DNA from: an uncultured Balneola sp.
GTDB taxonomy: Bacteria; Bacteroidota; Rhodothermia; Balneolales; Balneolaceae
Assembly (NCBI GenBank): GCA_913058495.1
Contig: CAJXQC010000001.1
Span: forward strand, 60,779-124,778
Reading direction: 5' to 3'
Length of the DNA: 64,000 nt
Positions within the stretch are counted from its first letter, which is position 1. Every line of letters begins with the position of its first letter. The position numbers were made by a program, and so were the translations under genes. The notes under the pieces were generated by a model. The model ran no database searches, was not told where the DNA came from, and saw only the letters and a list, made by a program, of their open reading frames with translations. Shown here piece by piece: positions 11,401 to 20,311 of the stretch.

Positions 11401-11605
11401 CGAAGAGCAGTATTTCGGCAATGTGCCAAAAAAAGCCTGGGAGTTCTACATCGGAGGTTATCAACCCGCCGAAAAATGGCTCAAAGATCGCCGAGACCGT
11501 GAACTTTCCATAGACGAAATCCGACACTACCAAAAAATAATCGTCGCCCTTATAGAGACAGATAGGTTGATGCAGGAGATTGAAATTCTTGCCACAGAAA
11601 GGTAA
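8411..11605 (+). CDS. Type IIG-like REase-MTase fusion with type ISP-like C-terminal specificity domain
   Basis: PD...GYIEAK nuclease motif; ILDPATGTGTF and GNPPY MTase motifs; C-terminal WEFYIGGYQPAEKWLKDR. Confidence 0.85.
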   Translation: MTIQEYVDQLNLRYKSGISREHSYRGDLQSLLGDLLPDLLITNEPSRTDVGAPDYILTKGKIPVGYIEAKDIGDPDLEGKKKNKEQFERYKTGLPNLIFTDYLNFRVYRDGEFLTSVSIAEIKDGSIVGLTENYNEFENIIKDFGTHVGQTIRSANKLSKMMAGKARILADVIEKALNADEEKQKNKVNETANNTLREQLTAFQNVLIHDISAKEFADIYAQTIAYGMFAARLHDSTLDTFDRHEAAALIPKTNPFLRKLFQYIAGYDLDDRIVWVVDGLADIFRATDVDGLLKNFGKATQQQDPIIHFYETFLAEYDPKLRKSRGVWYTPEPVVNFIVRAVDDILKDDFGLKDGLADTSKTKVKVKVPTHDKRHKGGMVGEEREVHKVQILDPATGTGTFLAEVIKQIHSRFEGQQGIWATYVEEHLIPRLNGFEILMASYAMAHLKLDLLLRETGVEPSGSERFRVYLTNSLEEHHPDTGTLFAGWLSEEANEANHIKRDTPVMVVLGNPPYSVSSTNKGKWIEKLMKDYKRNLNEINIQPLSDDYLKFIRFGQHLIDKNGEGLLAYISNNSFLDGLIHREMRSTLTDSFDKIYIIDLHGNSNRKEKAPDGSKDVNVFDIQQGVSINIFIKTGAKFKGSIKHLDLYGDRNKKYHLLSTTHLKDIDWNEIEVRSPENFFIPRDYNLQEEFRKGFSIESLFVNSSTGITTERDEVCIQFSDNEIKDVVKALKNLDEDTFRNEYTPKKDGRDWKVSFAKEDVLENKGEFEGLQYRPFDFRRTYYTGNSKGFMAYPRHETSSNIIKENVALISSRQTKEDFGILVTSKLITHKVLTAYDRSYLFSLYSYPDNSTQQTLDGKPERTPNLDKKIVKEISEKLGLKFTPEKVETEGTFAPIDLLDYIYAVLHSPSYREKYKEFLKIDFPRVPYPEDPELFWQLVELGGELRQIHLLEHPVVEEFITTYPIAGSNEISNRLTKTDPGFIPEDDDETTGKVWINEEQYFGNVPKKAWEFYIGGYQPAEKWLKDRRDRELSIDEIRHYQKIIVALIETDRLMQEIEILATER

Positions 11606-11755
11606 GAATAACACAAATTGCACATATACTTATTTTTTTATACTCTTCTTATTTAAAATTGTATTTTGATAATAAATATTTTTTTCACAAGACAAGTACA
11701 AATAGTTAATTATCAATCCCTTAATTATTTAGGGTAATAGTACTCAAATATTTGC

Positions 11756-14671
11756 ATGAATAAACTTAAAGGTTTAAATACGCATTTTAAAAAAGGCTTG
11801 TCTAAGCTTGGTTTTAACAAAAACCAAGAATTTCTTTTTTTTACTGATCAAATTAACCTGTCTGATCCAGAAGTAAGGTTCCATGTAGAAAAAGCAAAAG
11901 AATTTGAAGCTTCTGCTGTTTTTCTTAGAAAACAATTAAATGGTATCTATAAACCTCAGGTCTATATATATGATTTAACCGATGAAGATTTAGAGAGTGA
12001 GATTGTATTATCTGAGATACAGAAAAAACTGTGGACAAGTGGTGAAGTCCCTTTGGCTTGTATCTTTTACAAAACCGAAATTAAAATATTGGATTGTACT
12101 ACTCATTTAGATAAGAACTATAAGCCAGAGTATTTAATTAATCACCTTAAAACTACAGGCAGAACTCATGAGATTTTTAACGAACAGTTTGCATTAAGAA
12201 TTAAAAGCGGTGTATTCTGGGAAGAACCTAAATTTGAAAAAAAATTTCAGTTCAGAAACTCTTCTTACGATAAGCTTATAAGTAATATTAGATACATTGT
12301 AAATTTACTAAATAGAGAATACTCAAACGTTTCTAAGCAGCTTATTAATAAACTAATAATACAATCTATATTAATTAAATATCTTGAGGAGAGAATAGAT
12401 GTTGATGGAAATAGGTTGTTATCTGATAAGTATTTTGCAAAGTATGGCGAAAGTTTATCATTTAATGATGTACTAAGAAAGGGTAAGTTTTCTGATCTGC
12501 TCACTGATTTAAATGATGCAAAATCAGGTTTTAACGGCAATATTTTTAATTGGTCCAAAAAAGAAAAGAGAATTATTTCCGAATTAAACTTGGATATTCT
12601 TGCTGATTTATTGGAAACAAAAAAAACTGATTTAGTTTCAGATCAGACTGAGCTTTTTGATTGGAGGTATTTTGAATTTAAGTATATACCTGTAGAGCTT
12701 ATTAGTAGGCTTTATGAGGAGTTCTTGGGGCAAAATAAAAGAGATGAAGGTTTATATTATACTCCGTCACATTTGGCCAAATTATTAGTTAATGAAAGTA
12801 TTTCTCTCAATGATTATAAAAATATTGATCTATTAAACTTTAAAGTATTAGATCCGGCATGTGGCTCTGGGATATTTTTAGTTTTAGCTTTTAAAAGACT
12901 TGTCCAAATTTGGAGACTCCAAAATGACATGAAATCACCACCCCTTAAAGTCTTAAAAAAACTATTAAGGTGCATCTATGGTGTAGATAAAGAAGGACAA
13001 GCTGTAAGACTTGCATCTTTCAGTTTATGTTTGGCTTTATGCAATGAATTAAAGCCAATTGTCATAATAAATGAACTTAAATTTGATGACTTAGAGGAAA
13101 CGGGAAATTTACTACAAACTGATTTTTTTGTTTCCCATCCTATAAAAAAGAAAAAGTTCGATCTAATTATTGGAAATCCTCCTTTTAATCGAGGGGCCTT
13201 AGATAATTACTCAAACTACTGGCAGGAAGAGAATTTCAATGTCAAAATACCTCAGGGACAAATAGCATTAAAATTTTTAACTGATTCAATTCCACTTTTA
13301 AAGCCGGAAGGTTTGTTATGTTTAATAATCAAATCTTCAGGATTGCTTTACAATACATCATCCACAGAGTTTAAAAAAGCACTTTTTAAAACTTATAATG
13401 TAATACAGTTATTTGACTTTACAGCTCTTGCCAGAAATAAAACCCTTTGGGATAATGGAGCAGATGTAGCCAGCGCTGCGATATTTTTAAAGAATCAAAA
13501 GCCCAATTTTGATAAGAACATTCTTCATCTAACATTCAGAAGGACAAAGGCCACAAAAGATCGAATAATTTTTGAAATTGATGAGTATGACCTTCACTAT
13601 GTAAACAGAATTTCTGCAATACATCAATTTTTTATTTGGAAGAATAATTTACTTGGCGGTGGTAGAATTAACCAAGTTGTAGAAAAATTGATACAATACG
13701 AATCACTTGAGCAATACTTAATTAAAAATGACTGTTCTGCCAATGAGGGTTTCATAGTTGGCTCAAAAGGGAATAAATCACCAGATTTCATATTTGAATT
13801 GCCAAATTTGCCTACCACTGCAATAGATGAAAACAATATTGATTTAGAGAAGCTCACCACTCTTGATGCATCTTTAAAATTTCAAAAGATACCCAGGAGA
13901 GATTTCTTTGAAGGACCAAATGTCCTTATTTGGGAGAATATTGGAAAAAACTCTTTACCTGTCTTTTATAATGAAAAGGCTTTCTCTTTTAGGGATAAAA
14001 TTGTGAGTATCATAAGTGAGAAAAAGGACCGAAAAATCTTAAAAAATATTCATCAGTCATTAAGAGAATTATCAGCCTTTTTTCGCTTTTTTATTTTCGC
14101 AACAAGTAGTCAAGTTTTGATTAATAAAAACACTGCTATTTTAAAGAAGGACATCCTGAATTTACCCTTTGTTCAACATTCAGAGAGTGAAGAGTTTACA
14201 GAGTTTGATCACAAAATTGTGCATGACGTAAATGAATATATGCAAGATTATTTAAGATATGGTGAAAGGTCAAAAGCGGTTGAAAAAATTAAAAAACGAG
14301 ATATAAAAAAGATTGTTGGGAATTATGGTAATCAATTTTCCAAAATTCTTAATATTGTATATCAAGATCAGGATAAAAGATTTAGATTGAAGAATATATT
14401 TGATATTAATAATTCATTTATTGCAACGGTCTTTAGCTATGACAATCAAAAAAATAAAGCTGAAGTTATAGATATAGAAAACAACTTAGAGCTTGAAAGA
14501 TTAATTGATTTTGAAATTTCAAATAGTCTCGCGTCAACTCGTGTACTTAAAATATATCCACACAAAAATACTATAGTGTTTGTTAAGCCAAATCAATACA
14601 AATATTGGCTATCATTAACCGCATATAGGGATGCAGATAAATGCTTTTCAGATTTAACCAAAATAGTTTAA
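11756..14671 (+). CDS. N6-adenine DNA methyltransferase, type IIG/I-like large subunit
   Basis: YYTP, VLDPACGSGIFL, GNPPF; very AT-rich. Confidence 0.85.
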   Translation: MNKLKGLNTHFKKGLSKLGFNKNQEFLFFTDQINLSDPEVRFHVEKAKEFEASAVFLRKQLNGIYKPQVYIYDLTDEDLESEIVLSEIQKKLWTSGEVPLACIFYKTEIKILDCTTHLDKNYKPEYLINHLKTTGRTHEIFNEQFALRIKSGVFWEEPKFEKKFQFRNSSYDKLISNIRYIVNLLNREYSNVSKQLINKLIIQSILIKYLEERIDVDGNRLLSDKYFAKYGESLSFNDVLRKGKFSDLLTDLNDAKSGFNGNIFNWSKKEKRIISELNLDILADLLETKKTDLVSDQTELFDWRYFEFKYIPVELISRLYEEFLGQNKRDEGLYYTPSHLAKLLVNESISLNDYKNIDLLNFKVLDPACGSGIFLVLAFKRLVQIWRLQNDMKSPPLKVLKKLLRCIYGVDKEGQAVRLASFSLCLALCNELKPIVIINELKFDDLEETGNLLQTDFFVSHPIKKKKFDLIIGNPPFNRGALDNYSNYWQEENFNVKIPQGQIALKFLTDSIPLLKPEGLLCLIIKSSGLLYNTSSTEFKKALFKTYNVIQLFDFTALARNKTLWDNGADVASAAIFLKNQKPNFDKNILHLTFRRTKATKDRIIFEIDEYDLHYVNRISAIHQFFIWKNNLLGGGRINQVVEKLIQYESLEQYLIKNDCSANEGFIVGSKGNKSPDFIFELPNLPTTAIDENNIDLEKLTTLDASLKFQKIPRRDFFEGPNVLIWENIGKNSLPVFYNEKAFSFRDKIVSIISEKKDRKILKNIHQSLRELSAFFRFFIFATSSQVLINKNTAILKKDILNLPFVQHSESEEFTEFDHKIVHDVNEYMQDYLRYGERSKAVEKIKKRDIKKIVGNYGNQFSKILNIVYQDQDKRFRLKNIFDINNSFIATVFSYDNQKNKAEVIDIENNLELERLIDFEISNSLASTRVLKIYPHKNTIVFVKPNQYKYWLSLTAYRDADKCFSDLTKIV

Positions 14672-14672
14672 T

Positions 14673-15347
14673 GTGATAGCTGACGAATATCCTAAAAATA
14701 TTATTAAAGGGGGATCTGCTAATTTCAGCTTTGACAAAAATCGACCAGTTGAATTAATAATAGATTCTTTAAAAAGGACTGTGCCTCACTTTAAATCATA
14801 TTTGCTTACTAAAATTGATAAAAAATACTTAAACGAAGATGAGCTAACTCAAGTTTTTGTTGAACAATTAGATATACAAATTCGAAAATTAAATCTGCCT
14901 TTTGGTGTGAAAAATGAGTACCAAGATATCTATAGTAGAAGTCCCGGATACTCAGACTTTTATTTTCATCCAATTGAAGAATTTAAATCTACTGCTTCAT
15001 TATTTTCGGTAGAATGTAAACGCCTTCCTGCACCTACTAAATCAAGAGAGAAAGAGTATCTAATTGGTAATAAAAAAAATGGAGGAATTGAGAGATATAA
15101 GCTTGAAATTCATGGAAGGGGATTATCAAATTGTGGTATGTTAGCGTTTATCGAGGATAAAAGTACAGATCATTGGCTAAAGTCGATTAATGAATGGATT
15201 TATGAGATTGCGGAATCTGACAAAAAATGGAGAATAAAAGAGCGTTTAATTAGAAAAGAGAAGGCGATTGAATTTACATATTTACATTCTGTAGTTTATA
15301 CAATTTCTCAAAGGAAAGTTAAACTTCATCATTTTTGGCTTTGTTGA
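14673..15347 (+). CDS. Putative PD-(D/E)XK nuclease-like partner of the upstream MTase
   Basis: SDFYF...VECKRL resembles the PD-(D/E)XK core; 1-bp gap after the MTase stop. Confidence 0.5.
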   Translation: MIADEYPKNIIKGGSANFSFDKNRPVELIIDSLKRTVPHFKSYLLTKIDKKYLNEDELTQVFVEQLDIQIRKLNLPFGVKNEYQDIYSRSPGYSDFYFHPIEEFKSTASLFSVECKRLPAPTKSREKEYLIGNKKNGGIERYKLEIHGRGLSNCGMLAFIEDKSTDHWLKSINEWIYEIAESDKKWRIKERLIRKEKAIEFTYLHSVVYTISQRKVKLHHFWLC

Positions 15348-15363
15348 AAATAAATAACAAGCT

Positions 15364-16041
15364 TTACTTTTCATCCTCATCAGAAATATCGTAAACAAAT
15401 TTGTAGCAAACTTTCGCCCACCACTCAAAATGTTCTTCTTTACCAGTATCGTGATAGTAGTTCAGCTTTCTTAGGAAGTCACCTTTATCTTGCAGGTTTT
15501 TCCAATCAACAAACTTACTATAAGCCAACAAGTAAAGGTTTACGAACAGTCGGGCAATTCTTCCATTACCATCATAGAATGGATGGGTAAAAACAAACTT
15601 CTGATAGAAACGAAGTACATCATTAACCGGGCTATCACTTTCAAAGTCTAATAGGTGCTGAAAGGATTCTTTTAAATCATTCTCAATATTCTCTGGCTTA
15701 GAACCGGTAAACCTTGGCCGTAATTCTTGACGTCTTTGCCCACCAAAATAAACAGACCCAGAACCATCGTGATCAGAACTTCTGAATTCACCATTTATTG
15801 AAATAATTTCCTTAAAAATAAATGCGTGATACTCTTTACAAAAAGCAATAAAACTTTCTACACTTACATTTAGCAAGCCATTTTTCGTATAAATGATTTG
15901 TTTGGGAATAACAGTGTTATCCAGTACTTCAAATCGAGTCCGCGCCAAACGATTTGCTTCTTCAACATCATCAATGGAGTATTCAGCAGGAAAGAGTTCG
16001 ATTAGCTCCCGTAATTGCTCTAACTCAGCACTTTCGCCCAA
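15364..16041 (-). CDS. Fic family protein
   Basis: Canonical HPFYDGNGRIAR motif. Confidence 0.9.
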   Translation of the reverse strand: MGESAELEQLRELIELFPAEYSIDDVEEANRLARTRFEVLDNTVIPKQIIYTKNGLLNVSVESFIAFCKEYHAFIFKEIISINGEFRSSDHDGSGSVYFGGQRRQELRPRFTGSKPENIENDLKESFQHLLDFESDSPVNDVLRFYQKFVFTHPFYDGNGRIARLFVNLYLLAYSKFVDWKNLQDKGDFLRKLNYYHDTGKEEHFEWWAKVCYKFVYDISDEDEK

Positions 16042-16043
16042 AA

Positions 16044-16673
16044 TCAGCTAATCTGATTTACAAGGAATGTGTAGTCTTCAGAAGCTTTTGAAAAGAGACT
16101 TTTGTATTCCTCAATAGAATCAAACATTACTTCCGCTGCTTTATCCGATTTGTCCATATCAAAGATAAAGGCGTAGTGCGAAATGGTGTTGGGCGGATAG
16201 TAACCCTGATTCTTGGTTAACGGGAAATTTTTAGCAAATGACTCGTAGGTATAATAATCCAGAATCTCCTGATCAGTAATTCTGCCATTTACTTCTCTCT
16301 TGTTAATCCAGGGATCTTCAGCATGGGTTGCTTTAGAAAGCGTGATAGCGTTATAGAAGCCATAGCTATCCAAGATAAAATCTACTACTTCTTTTTCCTC
16401 TTTAGAGAGCGGAATGTAGCTTGGAGAATCTTCGATAGGGTTATTTTTATACTCCTTATACTCATGGTAAATACCGGGATTTACCGGTCCATGCTTCCAT
16501 GCAAAGAAAGCATCAGAAGATTTGATCATCTTTTGATCAGCAACAAGTGTCCATACCTTTACATAGTAGAGAAGTTTTTGGAGCTTCATCGGGGTAATTT
16601 CTCCTGGATACTTATTCAGGATATAAGACGCTATGTTGTGTAAAGAATGCATTCGTTGATTTTTTTGGAACAC
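16044..16673 (-). CDS. Panacea (DUF4065/SocA-like) antitoxin-domain protein
   Basis: ITPMKLQKLLYY, AWKHGPV, LSKATHAEDPW motifs; start may be 16652. Confidence 0.85.
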   Translation of the reverse strand: MFQKNQRMHSLHNIASYILNKYPGEITPMKLQKLLYYVKVWTLVADQKMIKSSDAFFAWKHGPVNPGIYHEYKEYKNNPIEDSPSYIPLSKEEKEVVDFILDSYGFYNAITLSKATHAEDPWINKREVNGRITDQEILDYYTYESFAKNFPLTKNQGYYPPNTISHYAFIFDMDKSDKAAEVMFDSIEEYKSLFSKASEDYTFLVNQIS

Positions 16674-16817
16674 TTAATATAACAAAACTTGCTGTTTCTT
16701 ATTACCTGAACGTATTAAAAAAGTTATTCATTTCCATATCGGGTAAATGAAATTCTATATTCGTTATTAGAATAAGGCGCATAAAATTTGAAATTACTAA
16801 ATGATGAGATAGATTTC

Positions 16818-17183
16818 TTAAACACCAAATTCATTTTTAGCTATAGAAGTAAGGAGTTCGGTTGCAATTGAAAAGGGAATCGAGCCACCTTTTTCTACAA
16901 CCTTTGTTTTGAATTTTTCCCAAATATTTTGGTTACGAGCAGCATCAATAAATTCCTGGCCTTTCCATTTGATTTCATTTACTTGAACATATGCAAAAGA
17001 GCCACCTGCTGTCTCATTGGTTGTGATATCTAAATATCCACCATCTCCAAGAAGCCAAACATGATACCCAATAGTTTCCTCGTCATATCCTTCAATTTCG
17101 ACAGGCCTAAATCTAACTTCCTCCGCAGGCTCATTAGATACTTTAAATAAAATAGCGCGAATTAAGTCGAGATCTCTTTTCAT
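16818..17183 (-). CDS. DUF2513-like winged-helix protein
   Basis: MKRDLDLIRAIL start, IGYHVWLLGDGGYL, W.GQEFIDAAR pattern. Confidence 0.7.
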   Translation of the reverse strand: MKRDLDLIRAILFKVSNEPAEEVRFRPVEIEGYDEETIGYHVWLLGDGGYLDITTNETAGGSFAYVQVNEIKWKGQEFIDAARNQNIWEKFKTKVVEKGGSIPFSIATELLTSIAKNEFGV

Positions 17184-17293
17184 TCGGAATTGATCATTCA
17201 TGAGTTTATTTGGTATTTGAAATATAATTTGAGTATTTAAAATGGATAGAAACTACGTTTATTCAAACGATTAATCACAATTCGGGGGAAATC

Positions 17294-17563
17294 ATGCAAG
17301 TACTAATCATAGTATATGAATTACATAAAGAGCCAACCAGTGAAGACTATAAAAAAGTATTGAATATCATAAAGAGTTATGATTTTATAAAAATTGGTGG
17401 TTCAGAATACTGTATTTATACTAATGATTCTCCACAAACTGTATCCGATAAACTAACAGTATATTTTGATGGAAATGATAGGCTATTGGTAATTAAAGTA
17501 ACAAACCCCAAACAAGGTTGGTTAAGTAAGGATCAATGGAAATGGCTTAATGATCGTTTGTAA
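17294..17563 (+). CDS. Small Cas2/VapD-like ferredoxin-fold protein (SinR-like family)
   Basis: IVYEL...DYKKV...I...S...L...FDGNDRLLV...GWL pattern recalled from this family; no cas genes nearby. Confidence 0.5.
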   Translation: MQVLIIVYELHKEPTSEDYKKVLNIIKSYDFIKIGGSEYCIYTNDSPQTVSDKLTVYFDGNDRLLVIKVTNPKQGWLSKDQWKWLNDRL

Positions 17564-17661
17564 TTAAAGTTCTCAAAATATCTTAAAAAGACACTTTAGA
17601 ACTCGATGATGGACAATTGAAAGGTCGGATCGTCAGTAGTAAATTAATAGAAGTAATAATT

Positions 17662-18483
17662 ATGCGAATAATAATTTCAATTATAATAACCGTTTTTCAT
17701 TGCAGCAGCAGCCATTCTCAAACTATTCACAAAGATGATCTTCGAGACTTTTCGGCAGTTTTGGTTACAACCCCAGTGAACAAACCTTCCGATTGGCCAA
17801 GTGATCAAAAATTTGAAAAGAATAAACCTCTGGAGTCACAATTCCATGAATTTTTTATTGGAAAAGATTCTCGAGAGCTTCAGAATAAGTTTCCTGGGTG
17901 GAATGGAACCTCTACATCTACATACTCAATTATTTCAATCCCGAAGAATCAAAGATTTAACTTTGTACTTAATATTCCTGAAGAAAAAATACAATTAGTA
18001 CTATTTAGGAATAATCAATTTGAGGGGGGAACAAATTATTTAACCATATGGAAAGTCAAAAGAGATAGTCTTGAATTCAAATACCTTTCAGATCAACCGA
18101 TCTATTCAGGGAATAGAATCAAGGGATTACGTTCTGATTACATGATTAACGGCTCTCGTGAAATTTACTTAGTAACTGAAATGTCGAATGGATACGACTT
18201 CATCGACGGGTTAGAGTTTACCTTTTATCAGCTACCTCAGAGTTATGAATTAACTGAAATATTAACAGAGTACTCACGATATACTCTACCGAGTATAAAT
18301 TCAAAGGATGGTTATTATGAAATGTTTTCTTATGATTTTATACATCCTTATTACCTAATCACCCATTCCTCAAAAATGACTGGAACAAAAGTACAAGATG
18401 AGCAACTTGGTGAGTATTTTGAGTTTAAGTTGGACAGCACAAAATCGAATTTATTGAATCTTAGATCAAAGGCTCAAAAATGA
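17662..18483 (+). CDS. Hypothetical exported protein
   Basis: Open frame with hydrophobic signal-like N-terminus (MRIIISIII); AT-rich. Confidence 0.6.
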   Translation: MRIIISIIITVFHCSSSHSQTIHKDDLRDFSAVLVTTPVNKPSDWPSDQKFEKNKPLESQFHEFFIGKDSRELQNKFPGWNGTSTSTYSIISIPKNQRFNFVLNIPEEKIQLVLFRNNQFEGGTNYLTIWKVKRDSLEFKYLSDQPIYSGNRIKGLRSDYMINGSREIYLVTEMSNGYDFIDGLEFTFYQLPQSYELTEILTEYSRYTLPSINSKDGYYEMFSYDFIHPYYLITHSSKMTGTKVQDEQLGEYFEFKLDSTKSNLLNLRSKAQK

Positions 18484-18546
18484 AGCAATTTGTCGTAAGG
18501 CGGCGACTTGCAAGCAAAACATATAGTTGCCTTTACAGACTCATCG

Positions 18547-18813
18547 TTAAGTATTTGGGTTTGCTTGTGCACTTCCAGCCAGCAAAGCAATCACCCCATA
18601 CACATATCCAATAGCTTCAACGATAGCTAAAATAATAAGAACCGTTTCATCCAATTCCCCGGCATTAATTCGTCCGGTGGTAATCATACCAGATATACCC
18701 AAACTGGTTAGCCCACCTATGGCGATATCCTTTCCTTCCTGGGGAGTTTCTTTTTTGAATAAGGTGATAAGTGTTGGTACGGATTTGATGACGTTTCTTA
18801 GTAGTTTTTTCAT
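18547..18813 (-). CDS. Putative holin
   Basis: 88 aa, two hydrophobic segments, last gene of the lysis cluster. Confidence 0.5.
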   Translation of the reverse strand: MKKLLRNVIKSVPTLITLFKKETPQEGKDIAIGGLTSLGISGMITTGRINAGELDETVLIILAIVEAIGYVYGVIALLAGSAQANPNT

Positions 18814-18844
18814 GGGTATAAAGGCTAATTTAGGTTAATAAGGC

Positions 18845-19132
18845 TTATTTACTCCCTCGTTCAAGGGACTGAATGCGTTGTTCGTGTTTGGTTAGTTCTT
18901 GGTCGGTTTTGGCTTGGAAGGATTCAATGGACTCTTTTATTGTTTCCAGATCAACGCCCTGAATTTTTTGTTCAGCCCTGATATTGATCATCAGCTCATA
19001 CCATCGTTTGATTTCATCGGTCTGGTTGTTGATCGAGTCGTAAATGCCGGTCAAAAACAGGCAAATGATGGTCGTAATGATCAGCTCTTTATACTTGCTG
19101 AGGTAATGCTCGGGCTTTGGTGGCTTGCTCAT
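18845..19132 (-). CDS. N-terminal TM plus coiled-coil protein (lysis accessory/holin-like)
   Basis: LIITTIICLFLTGI TM followed by a heptad-rich tail; overlaps the peptidase gene. Confidence 0.45.
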   Translation of the reverse strand: MSKPPKPEHYLSKYKELIITTIICLFLTGIYDSINNQTDEIKRWYELMINIRAEQKIQGVDLETIKESIESFQAKTDQELTKHEQRIQSLERGSK

Positions 19133-19664
19133 AGCGTTGCTCGTAGTTCTGAATAGCTTCAGTTAGTGATATAGTTAGTTTGTTCTCCCGGCAGTAAAAC
19201 CGTCCGGTTTTTGTCGATTGGTAGTAGTAATGGCCATCAATCCGGAGCCACCGCAGAGGCCGCTCATTGATTTGTTTGCCACTCCACCCGTCCACATGAA
19301 GGCCGATAGCCGGAATCTTCTTTCCACTTATCTTGTGAGTGAAATTCCAGTCGAAATACAACCCCACTCCCTGAAAAGGCCAGGTAGTTGCAAGCAGCCA
19401 GTGTTGGAAAGGATTTGCCTGTTTGGTAAGCCACTCGGTAAAAAGCAGGCAGTCAATAGCCAGACCTTTACCATGTGATTTCAGGTCGTTATCTCGCCAG
19501 GCAGACGTGATTAGAGTTTTTGTGCCCGTCCAATCTCTCCAGGCAAGAAATGAGCGCAAGAAATCCACATCCATTTGGGAGATATCTCCCTGGATTTCAA
19601 AGTCGGACAGCGAAAAATTGCCCCCATAGCTTTCTATAAGGGCAATGTAGTCGGCTCGTTTCAT
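19089..19664 (-). CDS. Peptidase M15-like endolysin
   Basis: SAWR...SHGKGLAID (HxxxxxxD)...GVGLY...LHVD Zn-peptidase pattern; adjacent to holin-like genes. Confidence 0.75.
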   Translation of the reverse strand: MKRADYIALIESYGGNFSLSDFEIQGDISQMDVDFLRSFLAWRDWTGTKTLITSAWRDNDLKSHGKGLAIDCLLFTEWLTKQANPFQHWLLATTWPFQGVGLYFDWNFTHKISGKKIPAIGLHVDGWSGKQINERPLRWLRIDGHYYYQSTKTGRFYCRENKLTISLTEAIQNYEQRYEQATKARALPQQV

Positions 19665-19668
19665 GGGG

Positions 19669-19902
19669 CTATTTCTTGAACTTTAGCCACAGAAAGCCTG
19701 CCGCAAGGGCAATGGCAGCCGCTTTGTACTTCATAGGCACATCGCCGTTGACGTATTTCTTGGCGGTATCCACCAAATCCGTTTTGGTGTTTTCGGCTTC
19801 GGCATTTTTAACGTCCACTACAGGGGAGGAACCGATACCGGCTCCATTGTTTCCGCAGCCGCATCCAAGGCCGTTATCGGAGGTATAGCTTGATTTACTC
19901 AT
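19669..19902 (-). CDS. Small tail-anchored membrane protein (GLG motif)
   Basis: SSY...NGLGCGCG; C-terminal AAAIALAAGFLWLKFKK. Confidence 0.6.
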   Translation of the reverse strand: MSKSSYTSDNGLGCGCGNNGAGIGSSPVVDVKNAEAENTKTDLVDTAKKYVNGDVPMKYKAAAIALAAGFLWLKFKK

Positions 19903-19918
19903 GGGTTATCAGGTTAGG

Positions 19919-20305
19919 TTAGCGTAAGATTTTAAAGAGGATTCCGGCTCCAACAATACCGGCCCCGGCCAGTGCGATCATCTTCTTGTTGATCGGTTTT
20001 TTCTGTGTGACCACCGGCTCACTTTTGGTTATAGGTGGCTGGGCAGTTGCCACAGGCTTTTTGGTCAAATCACGGACCACCGGAGTTACTTTGGGTGGCG
20101 TAATTTTGGGCAATTTTGGCAGAACCGGTTTTCTCATCCTGGGAGAAAGCCCCCGAGGAATGGATATGGTTGGTCGCCGAGTAACACCAGTAGATACCGG
20201 TCGGATAGCGGTGTTCAACTCAGTGGGTAGTGTCGGGCCGAGTACCATTCGCCCCAAACCGGGGGAGCTTTCCTCGCTGTAGATATATCCGGAAGATGAT
20301 TTCAT
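19919..20305 (-). CDS. Pro/Lys-rich tail-anchored membrane protein (SGY...GLG motif)
   Basis: SSGY...PGLG; C-terminal MIALAGAGIVGAGILFKILR. Confidence 0.6.
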   Translation of the reverse strand: MKSSSGYIYSEESSPGLGRMVLGPTLPTELNTAIRPVSTGVTRRPTISIPRGLSPRMRKPVLPKLPKITPPKVTPVVRDLTKKPVATAQPPITKSEPVVTQKKPINKKMIALAGAGIVGAGILFKILR

Positions 20306-20311
20306 AGTGTT

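Noticed and set aside
17294-17563. CRISPR-Cas locus suggested by the Cas2-like fold
   Set aside because: No cas1 or other cas genes and no repeat-spacer array anywhere in the window
18536-18545. GACTCAT matching the tRNA anticodon arm as a possible attL
   Set aside because: Only 7 bp, expected by chance; no flanking tRNA similarity or arm repeats
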